Both the position numbers and the translations under genes were made by a program. Positions 53,172 to 64,000 of a stretch of 64,000 nt of DNA are shown here, piece after piece. Every line of letters starts with the position of its first letter. Positions within the stretch are counted from its first letter, which is position 1. The notes below the pieces were generated by a model that was given only the letters and a program-made list of their open reading frames with translations, ran no database searches and was not told the DNA's origin. Source of the stretch: Sphagnum compactum (taxonomy: Eukaryota); assembly GCA_965153455.1 (NCBI GenBank), contig OZ234493.1, positions 20,264,213 through 20,328,212 of the forward strand, read 5' to 3'.

Positions 53172-56100
53172 TGGGAGATCTGAGTCTCATGTCAGTCCCT
53201 TTCTCGTAGTTTCCAGAAGAAAATTAAGGAGACCCAAAAAAGAAAAGAAAAAAGAAGTCTTCTTTCTTCCGAGCTTCAACTCTTCTTGTGGTTTGAAACT
53301 AAGCACCACCTTCATTCAGACCTGAGGAAGTACTAGCTCACATCTTAGTGTGTATAGCAGAAGAAAAACCCAAGAGAAATTGTGGGTTCAAAATAGTGAA
53401 AATTTGTGCTTTCTGAGGAGCTAGTAGTGGTGATATAAGCATGATCTCCAAACTCAAGCATGACTGATATTTTGGGTGTGTGGGTGTTGCAGACAGTCCG
53501 AAACTTGGTGAAAGCTTCTGATGGACTAGTAATCTAGTCAAAGGTGAGATAAGATTAAGTTCAGCTTTTGGGTGAGCAGCAGAAGTGGATAACCAGCTGC
53601 TCATCAGAAGAAGCTATCGAGACTCAGGACCAGCTCTTGCAACTTGCTAATTAGGCAAAGCAGTGGTCATCATCGACTCAAGCTTAAGGATCAGAGTTTT
53701 TTCTTTGACAAACAGCAATATGGGTTCAGAAGGCGATGAGTACAGTGAGAAGGGTGGGGATCCGGTGCTAGTACTGAATCCAGGAGATGGAAGAGATGCC
53801 ATCAGGAATCTGGAAATGGGAAGAGGAGGCAACGAGGACGAGTCCCCAGTGGAGCAAGTCCGGTTAACAGTACCCACCACAGACGACCCAACTCTACCAG
53901 TCTGGACCTTCCGAATGTGGACTGTAGGATTGTTTGTGTGCATTCTCTTGTCTTTCTTCAACCAATTCTTCGAATTGCGTTCGGAGCCGCTGATCATCAG
54001 CGCCATCGCTGCACAAGTCGCGGCTATGCCGCTCGGCAAGTTCATGGCCGCTACCCTGCCCACGAGACCGTTCCGGTTGCCGTTCACCAAGTGGGAGTTC
54101 TCGTTGAACCCGGGCCCGTTCAATATGAAAGAACATGTTCTCATCACCATTTTCGCGAACGCGGGTAGTGCCTTTGGGAACGGTGATGCTTATGCTGTGG
54201 GGATTATTACCATCACCAAAGCCCTCTATAAGCGCAATATTGGGTTTTTTGCAGGCCTTCTGGTTGTTATCACCACCCAGGTAGGTATCCTTATTATTAT
54301 TATCATTATTTTATTTTTAAAAAATCTCTTTCTTCGCTTCCAGGTCTGGGTTTCTATTTCTTTTCAATTTTGTGATATCAACAATTTGGCAAACTTTTCC
54401 AATGATTAGCAAAATTACTTGAATTTATACTAGGAAAAAACACAAAATTTCCAAAGTTTTCCCAATTCTTTTGTAAAACATAACTACCAAATTTGTCATC
54501 AAAATGGATTAAGTTTTTTTTTGCCCCCCTAATGCAAATTATTCCCAAAAACTAGGTAATTGTTGGCACCTCTCATGTCACTCTTAAGTCTCTTGCTTTG
54601 ATAGAGAAATTCAGGCTGGTTCTTTAGGAATGGTCATTCCACCTCTCATGTCTATGGGTCATCAAGCAAACTTTGGCTGGCTCTTTAGCCAGTGTAAGGC
54701 TTATCACCCTAGGCCCTTAGCCTATACCCATATCTAGTACATCCACTAGGTGAAGTTTCACCAGGGGTTTTGGCAGGAACAAAGTTCCCAACATTTCCCC
54801 CTAGGTTGAGTTTTATGTATGCTGGTTGGGGTGCTGAAGTTTGGGATTTTGGGTTGCAAGTTTTTCTTGCATACACTGACAAAATAGTTGTCTCTGGAAG
54901 AAGAGGAAAACTTAGCAAGATATCCAAAGTCCTGACTGTTTACATGATGTCAGGTATTGGGTTATGGTTGGGCGGGATTGATGAGGAAATATTTGGTGGA
55001 CCCTGCACACATGTGGTGGCCTTATACTCTTGTGCAAGTTTCAATCTTCAGGTACATTCCTTGTGCTTTTCCTTAAGTATTGCTGTATGCACTCTATAGT
55101 AAACCACCTTAGCAAAATGCTTATCAAGACTCACCATGTTTAGCTAGTTAATAAGATTTTTGGGTGTTATGACATTAGGTACTCAATGTGACTAATGCCT
55201 GATGTAATCAACATTGATTTTTTGCAACTTTGCAAAATTGCAAGCTTAAAATCACTTCAGCATATTAGACAGACAGGAAGTTGCCAAACTCTTATTGTAA
55301 AGTAATTGTTTGAGGACCTATCCATGGCAGCTTAGAAGAACAAAAAAGAAGCTCAACAAGGGAAGGAGCAATATTACAGTGTCATACCTGGAATACCATG
55401 TAACATGGTTAGGTAGTTTGAAGCTTCTCATCACAGAATGGTTCTGCCTTGTGAAGCACTCAGAGAAATTGCCTAGTGTATTTGGAGGGTACCTTATATC
55501 CCTGAATATCCCTCTTTGAAGGATCTTATGCCTACTCCTCAATTGTGAGGGGGATCTTATGCCTAAATAAGTAGGTGTAAATCTGCTTCCACTATGAAGG
55601 TATAGGTGCTATCTGATCTCACAATTTGAGATTCTTTGGGCTAATTTTTTTCCTTCTTTGTTCAAGTAGTAAATAATTTCACAATTTTCCTCTGAAGCTA
55701 AACTGATGGTGGCAATTCTTGTTTCCACATCAGGACATTACACGAGCCCGAGACTGGAAAGGGGTTGAAGCGGATCCAGTTTTTTCTTATAGTATTGGTT
55801 TTGAGCTTCTCTTACTACATTTTCCCTGCCTACATGTTCATGATGCTGACATACTTCTCATGGGTATGTTGGGCATGGCCTAATTCCGTAACTGCCCATC
55901 AAGTTGGCTCCGGGCTGAATGGGCTGGGTATCGGGGCTCTCAGCTTTGATTGGGCAGGCATAGCAGCTTTTCTGGCCAGCCCACTGGTATCTCCATTTTT
56001 CGCTTCTGTGAACATCATAGTGGGCTTTACGATTGTGATGTATATTATGACGCCAGCTACTTATTGGCTCAACGTTTATAATGCAAAAACATTCCCCATA

Positions 56101-57985
56101 TTTTCGAGCAGCCTGTTCCAACCCAACGGTCAAGCTTATGACATCACAACTGTAGTCGATTCCAATTTTGAGTTAAACTTGACTGCCTATGAAGAAGTTG
56201 GCAACATTCATTTATCAACCTTCTTTGCCATGACATATGGATTTGGTTTTGCTGGCCTTGCTGCCACTGTCTCACATGTTGCCCTCTTTTATGGAAAGTA
56301 AGTAAGCTCCTCTCTATCTTCCTGGAGTAACTATTAGAGCATCTTCACTGGCAAAAGTGAAATGGTCTGTGCACAATACTTTAGATCAAATAGAGCCTTC
56401 AAATAATCAATGTAAATTCAAGTTTGAATGTCTGGACTTTGAAATATGCAGAGGATGGATTCAGTGACTGTAAAAGGCCAAGTGAAAGAAAATGATTGTT
56501 TTTGATTGGTCAACTATAAAATTGGCTGGGGTGATGGCCCAGGTGATGGAATTTTAATAGTCTCTCACCTCATATAGTCCAATTTTTCATGTCATGGGTG
56601 GGTATGGGGAAAAAATTAAGACTCTATGGTGGATATGAGGCCCAAATAGGGGACATTGGTGGAGATCCCCTTAGAGCATGGCTGGGGGGCAGCCCTCTAT
56701 CAGTATTTGGCACACCCACTGTGCACCATTTAGTTTCTCCCACATCCCCACCCCTGAACCTAAAAAGATGAACTGTACAAAGTGAGAAACTCTGTAGCTC
56801 TCACCACCGGGGCCAGTCATTGTAGTTGGCCAATGAGAAACAGTCATTTTTACTAAGAAGGTTCACAGTGTTTTTAAAAAATCTTCATCTAAACAGTAGT
56901 GTAAAGGCCAATTTACTGCTGCCATTGGACATGCTCTTCGACATGTTGAAGATATCAAAATTTTCAATCTCTATATTGTCCATTGTGGAAATCCTGTGAT
57001 TTTTTGCATTGCACAACCATTCAGAAATATGCATGGTCGAGATCAACATGTACAAAATATGAACTACTTTTTTCATACGCAGATTAATAAGTGAAGACAG
57101 AATGATATGATTGGTGTAAATGCATGGACAGGGAAATATGGCTGCGTACTCGGGCATCATTTAAGAACAATGAGGTTGATGTTCACACACGGTTAATGCG
57201 ACACTACAAAGATATTCCCACTTGGTGGTTTCTCATCCTTACAATTGTGGGCATTGGTGCTTCTATTGGAACTGTTGAAGGTTACAAGGCTCAGCTCCAG
57301 TTACCATGGTGGGGGGTGCTATTTGCCGGTGTTCTTGCTTGCTTTTTCACCCTCCCCATTGGAGTTATTGCTGCTACCACCAATCAGGTACACTGCTTTC
57401 TACAATCTTTACATGTAATTAGCACCTAAATTGGTGATACCAGAGTTGGAGATGTGGAGACCTTGCTAACCCAGCTGCTACAAACAGCCCCTATGTGCAG
57501 TAATTTGCCTCCAATAGCACTATCATCCTTATTCCCAACATGGATAGATGAAATCTTGTGGTATCCATGAACTGATGGCACCCCCTATCAAAATGAGCAA
57601 ATCTGTATCTTAGTCTGAAGCATCAATGTTTGTACTCTGTGACTGTACAGATCCCAGGGTTGAATGTTATCACAGAATATGTTATGGGCTACATTTTGCC
57701 TGGCAAGCCTATTGCAAATGTTTGCTTCAAAGTTTTTGGGTATAATAGTATGTTACAGGCAGTGAGTTTTTTGCAAGATTTCAAGCTTGGGCATTATATG
57801 AAAATTCCACCTCGCTCTATGTTCGTTGTTCAGGTCTGCAACCACCTATCAGTTCCCAATCATTTCATATTTTGTGTCTATTCTTTCTTGACTGCATAGA
57901 GCAGCAAACTTGATGTCCAATATGTCTATTTGCTTTTCTTAATCTCTTCATCCATTTTTTTGTGACTTTTATCCATCACATGTGA

Positions 57986-58016
<31 letters not shown>

Positions 58017-61000
58017 TTATTTTTCTGTTCATTTTCAGATCATTTCAGGATCCTCCTTTCAATGCAACTTATCTAAGAGGTTTAAACTAGCATTCTGTCT
58101 TCAATGGATCTTGAACCCAAAGTTTGACAAGTTAAAAAGGCTTCTCTGACTTTGTAACATTTGCAAACTAAAACATTTTCTGTTGGGTTATTCCCCATTT
58201 TTGTAACCCATACAAAGAAACCCAAACTCATCCAATTTGTGATTTTCAAAAGGCAGCTAAATGGGTGTTGTGTGAGATTCACAGATCATTGGGACAATAG
58301 TAGCAGCTGTGGTGAATGTGGGAGTGGCATGGTGGCTACTCACAACTGTAGAGAACATTTGTGACATCAACCTATTACCTCCCAGTAGTCCATGGACATG
58401 CCCAAATGATAGGGTGTTTTTTGATGCATCTGTGATTTGGGGCCTTGTGGGTCCGAAGCGCATCTTTGGAAAGCTGGGTGAATATTCTGCCATCAATTGG
58501 TTTTGGCTTGGTGGCCTTCTAGCTCCTGTACCTGTATATATACTCCACAGATGTTACCCAAAGGTGAAACTTTTCCGATTAATTAACATGCCAATTTTAA
58601 TCGGCGCCACCGGGATTATGCCACCAGCGACTGCAGTGAACTTCACTTCATGGTTCATTGTGGCATTCATTTTCAACTTCCTCATATATCGGTACAGGAG
58701 AAACTGGTGGCAACGCTACAATTATGTTTTATCAGGAGGGCTTGATGCAGGAGTCGCCTTTTTGGGAGTGTTTGTATATGTCACCCTTCAACTCGAAAAT
58801 AAGACCCTTAATTGGTGGGGTAACAATGTTGATGGGTGCACATACGCCACTTGCCCTACTCAACCTGGTGTTAACATTACAGGATGCCCTGTGTTTTAAT
58901 TACTAAGTAAGTTGATATCAAACAAGTTATGTCAGTGTATGTACTCTAGAATACAAAATAGATTTGCTGCTCAATAGAAGTTTTACTGTATCAGTGTACT
59001 TCATTCAAAAAGGTTACTTTTGGACTCATGTTTAATCTCATTTGCAAGTTTGAATCCTTAGGTCGGACTCATCTTGAGCTCTTTTCCTAAATTGTGCCCT
59101 GTGCTTCTTTTGTCCGCCATGGTTAAGTATTTGTTCTGTCCACTTATTCTATAACCTTAAATTGATGTATTGTTGACAGTTAGAAGTTGTAAAGTGCTTA
59201 CAATTCAAAAATAGTTTCTGGAATATGTTTGGGTTAGACTCATCTTTGGTTTTCCTCCTGAATTGTGTGCGTGTTCCTTAGTCAATCATGATTAATCCCT
59301 AAACATCAGGGCAGACCAACTTGGTCCACTTTTCAGTGTAGTTTTCTCTTACTTTGATGACTAGGGGTTAAGGCATGCAACTTCATTTAGTATTTCCTGT
59401 GTCGTTTCACACTACAGCCCTTGTTCTTGCTCTAAAGAATTTGATTTCAAGCCACCCTGTTCACAGAAGCTTGGCAAATTGGTTTTGATGAGTATGCTAT
59501 TTTAGGTCCCTTGCACAGAACCTTAACAAAGCAATGAGCGAATCACCTGAAAGATCTTGAAAAGGTGCAACTAATAATCAAAAGAAACATAAGGTTGAAG
59601 GTTTGTTTGTCATTGAAGGTCTGCATGGCCTACCGATCAGGAATCAGTTTTCTTGGCTCAGTTTTCAATACATCTTCAACCATGACTGGTCCTTGAGCTT
59701 CCTGTAAACACCATAATTTTTCTCTCCAGCTTCTTGAGGCAAATCCTTTTCTCTTTTGCATGCATATTCTCCTACACAGACACATCTGTCTCTCTTTAGA
59801 GCTTCTTTTGTGAGCTCCACAGGTGCTGTCAAGCTCTTAACCTCTTCTTCTGCCATGTGGGGCTGTTTCTCTTAAAGGCTACCTTCTTCTTTTGCTTCCC
59901 TGATTTCCTCACAATCAGGTATCTAAGTCTAGAGCTTCCTGTATGAGACTCAACTTCTCTGGAGATTCTCAAAAGACCTTGACATATGCTCATATTTTCT
60001 TGACTGCTTCTTTAGCAATCAAGTCCTCTTGAATTGCTTCCAACATAATACCTATTTCATCTTCCCACCCCTGCATTTCTTTTGTCCATCATATTCTTGG
60101 TTGTGCTTCCTGAGAGAAACCTGATTTCTCTTCAACATTCCCTCAAAAATACTTTGCCCATTTTCTGAAGTTCTAAGATTTGTATTCCCTTCAGACCCAT
60201 CTTGACATCTCTCCCTCTTCAACAAATTCCCATATTCATGTCCTCACAATCCTGGCAAATCGATGTAAATTTACTGGAAAGGGCCAAATTATGATCCCCA
60301 AACTTCAGTCAACAAGCGGTGTACCGCATAATGGCTTTGCCCTTTAATGTTGGATTTGTGTGATATGGTCAGGTAGTTTGAATGCGAAATGAATGAATTG
60401 GGTAATGATTTGTCCAAAAAGCCTGAGTTATTTCTCATGTACATTGTTCAAATGGGGTATTGGATCGTATGCGATCAAGTTCTGAGTTGTATATTGAAGT
60501 ACTTTGATGAAATTTAAGTTCCAATACAATTGGATTGTTTCTTGGCTATAGGTTTTCAAAGCATGAACACGTTATTTAAGTCATCTAAGATAATGTGGGA
60601 CATAAGATTGGGGACATTGATATTAGCTTAGTTGTTGAAGTGTCAACACAAGAAATGTCAAAGATAAATGTGGGGGGTTTGTAAATTGTGATTATATGGT
60701 TTGCATGACATGCGTTTATGTTAAATGTTGCTAATTATAAATTCTACCCTTTATATGGTTTTGTGTTCACTTGAATGTTTTATCACAATTTTATCATATA
60801 ATAACATGGTTTCTTTGCTTCCATGAAGAATTATATATTTTGAGGGATTCCTATTTGGATAGGTGGTATTATTTTGTGTTTTTAGTTTTTGTAATGACAT
60901 AATATAGATGTTAGTTTCAAATAGTGAATTATGGTGTGTGTTTTTAAAAATATTTAAAAGTTAAAATTTAAAAAGTGCAATTTGGCCATTACTCTTAAAC

Positions 61001-64000
61001 ATTGCATTTCATCTTAAATACACTTATCAACTTTTATTTTACTTTTCAGCCAATGGTGTGAGTAAATGTAATTTTTTATATACAAAATAATATTGTATAA
61101 GTAAGTACATAATTGTGTATTGTAGTGAGATCAAACGTCCATGTGATTAACTGATTTGAATCACCACCTATTTATATGTTCTAGATTTTGTTGATATTAG
61201 TGTCAATGTTCAATGGATGTTGATTATGTATAAATATTGGTTGTGCATTCTAATTCTAGAACCTCATTTAGGGTTGTTAAATCCATATATGGGATTTATT
61301 ATCATGCAATCTCAGGACATGTTGAAAACCCCATTGGCCCCATCAAGCTTGAACAATCCATCAAGGGTGGCATAATTATGAACACATATAATTAAACTAG
61401 CATTCCCATTTAATTTGAATCTTTGAATGCAAACCTCTTAATTCTCAAAGGTCTTTTTTTTTGTTTGAAATGTTTAGGACATGTGTCATGGTGTTCATTA
61501 ATGTCAAAAACATGTGCTTGTCATTTTGTGTTATAGAAAATATAATGATTACAAGTCCATGTTGATGTATTTGTGTAATATATGTAGAGGAAATTTAATT
61601 CATTTGGAGGAGGATGTAATATATTTGATTAAAATGTATAATCATTGTTTTGTTGAAAGTTCCAATTAAAGATCTATTTAGAACTTCAACAAATTTGTCA
61701 TCACTTTGGTGTATGACTTTGAGAAGTTCAAAACAATGAATATAATTTGGCTAGAAGTTAATTGACAAGACATTAAAGTTATCAAATCTTTTTAGAAACA
61801 CCCACTTATCACAAATCAATGGTGTTACATAGGACATTTTATGATAGTTCATTAAGCACCTAGCAATGCATTTAGAATAATACAATTAGGATAGTTCATG
61901 TATTGTTTGTGAAGATTGTTATTTATATCATTGTTAACATCATCATTCTTGATGGTGTTCATCCATCACCATCCATTTTCATCCACAATGTGTAAATAGG
62001 AAAATGTTCATGTAATGTGACACATAGAAGCTTTCATGTTGAATTAGGTCCCTAAACAATTGTAAATAGAGGTAGTTCCCCTCATTAACTTTAGTTTGTT
62101 CCATACCAATATAAAGTACAACCTTATGTTTTAGCCTTGTTAATTTTTTCATTTCATGTTTATAATCATTCCATGTTTTGAATAAAGTTCCATTTATGTA
62201 CTTTTCTTACATACTTTTTAACCTTGTTTTGATTTATTGTGTTGTATGATCTTGACTTAAATTTAGGCATGTTTTTGTTATAGTTTGTCATAGTTATTGT
62301 GCATTGTGAGGAATTTTAGGAAGTGAGAATTTTCATGCCCATGACAAGGTAGTTGCAAACTACAATGTCCATAAAATCTTGTAACATTACAATTGTTTTG
62401 CAAGCCCTCAAGATGAAAGGCTCATGTAATAAAGTTGAGTATGCATTTATTAAAAAGGAGTTGTACTTGGTGATTATGAACATATATTATTATTAGGAAA
62501 CTTATTTTTGTCAAAATTATTTAAAATGTTATATGGAGAACTTTTGTTATTTTACCTTCGTAGCTTTGTAACAATACACAAAGATTACACAAATGGACTT
62601 ACTAAATGAAAAGTCCTCAATAAACAACCCAAAATTCAAAAACATGGTGGTGAATCATAATACACATCTCCATGCCATTTCAAACACAAATTGGATTATA
62701 ATTGTCTTTTGAAAGCCCAAAATGAGCCAATTTTCTAAAGTTATTTTCAACATGAAAATGATACATTCTTAAAATTTAAATTCATGGACATTGAATATAA
62801 AAATAACTTGGAAAGTTGGCTCCTTCTCAATTTTGGAAAATTTTGATTTTTTGGTCAAAGATGGAGATCACAAATGACAATGTCACTTGCCACATATTTT
62901 GACAAGAGGGAATCATTATATATTGTGTTTGTGATGTGAAGTGATTAGGGTGTAGTTTAAAACAATTGAACAATTGGCACTTTCTCATTCACCTCCTATT
63001 CAAATGTTTTGTCTCATCACATGTAGTTTGTTACAAGTGATTAATTTGAATTTCCCATTCACTTTCATTCAAGTACAAACAAAAAATGTCATGACATGAT
63101 TTTGCACATCATTAATTGTAACATATTATTTTATGGGTATTGAAAACTTCAAGAGTTTATAATTTGTCAAGTAATTATATTACCCAAATGCATATAGATG
63201 GAAAAATAAGTAAGCAAGACAAGGGAGAGGAAACTTATAAGAAGTTGAAATGCAATTTGGTATGTAATGACTAGTAAATTGACATAAGGTAAGTCAACAT
63301 GTAGAGAGATAACATACCAATATGCAATAAATTGACATGTAGTAAAATTGGGTGTATGTACTTTAAGGTGGCTCATTTTAAAAAAAAACAAAAGTCCACA
63401 AAAGTCCATTCTACAATGTAAAATTCTGAATTTTTCTAGTATCATGGGTTCAATGGTAATAGAGTCATATTAATAGAAGCCCACTTATATATTTTATATA
63501 TACACCTTTTTAAAAAATTGAAATTTGAGAAAAAAAAACTATGTTAGGGACTTATGAAAATATGGCTCAATTTTGACTATTCAAAAGTCCCAAATTCGAT
63601 TGTGACTATGATTTTTGAAGGAGGACTTTCATATAGAATTTTATTGTTTGATGTTATATCATATATCAATTGAGTCATTATACATAATTTGGAATGGAAT
63701 TCAATATGAACATTTCTATTTTCTACCAATCTAGTTGTCGACCAGTCCATGTTTTTGCATTTCAAAAATTCATTGTGAAAAGTGGGTGCACTTTCATTGA
63801 AAAATAATTACATAAATAATTTGATAATCAAGTTGTTAATGTATAATCAATTTCAAATTCTTAATTTGATAAGTTTTATTATTTGTTAAAGGTGTCCAAA
63901 GAAAGGGCATTTTACAAAATTGGCATCAGGATTCAAAAGATGAGCCACCTTAGTGTGCATTCACCCAACCTACTAATAAATTACAAGTTGGTTTATAATA
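53172..64000 (+). repeat. Right arm of large inverted segmental duplication (continues past window)
   Basis: Reverse complement of the left arm, minus ~10487-16007. Still aligned at the last base (64000 pairs with ~5739). Confidence 0.95.
53720..58899 (+). CDS. OPT4: OPT4-like oligopeptide transporter (OPT family, PT clade), copy 2, intact, 758 aa
   Basis: Exons 53720-54280, 54954-55051, 55734-56297, 57132-57387, 57651-57833, 58285-58899 total 2277 nt, with GT-AG introns and consistent phases. Motifs [39 protein letters not shown]-terminal GCPVF. Confidence 0.95.

Noticed and set aside
53663-53719. N-terminal extension of OPT in the ORF track (also 21529-21585)
   Set aside because: Starts at GTG; the first in-frame ATG is 53720 (21528 in copy 1).

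Overview
AT-rich, intron-containing land-plant nuclear DNA; repeat style suggests a moss, probably Sphagnum (inference). The window is dominated by a large inverted segmental duplication: left arm ~5739-22085, right arm 53172-64000 (running off the window), with a ~31 kb spacer. Each arm carries a six-exon OPT4-like oligopeptide transporter gene, head-to-head. The right copy (+, 53720-58899) splices to an intact 758-aa ORF. The left copy (-, 16376-21528) has a 1-bp frameshift in exon 3 and a 9-bp deletion in exon 1. The copies are identical over ~0.82 kb (exon 4 to exon 5) but clearly diverged in the 5' half, suggesting gene conversion. The rest is mostly mobile DNA: the 5' end of an hAT element with an uninterrupted BED-finger ORF, a decayed pogo-like transposase, CRE-like non-LTR remnants, two solo LTRs with perfect 5-bp TSDs, a Harbinger-type MITE, and a dense nest of non-autonomous Helitrons (23.0-30.2 kb) showing self-insertion, an 882-bp tandem array of 5' ends, an orphan 3' end and possible captured exons. 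No tRNA, rRNA or CRISPR seen. All alignments were done by eye; family names rest on recalled motifs, not searches.
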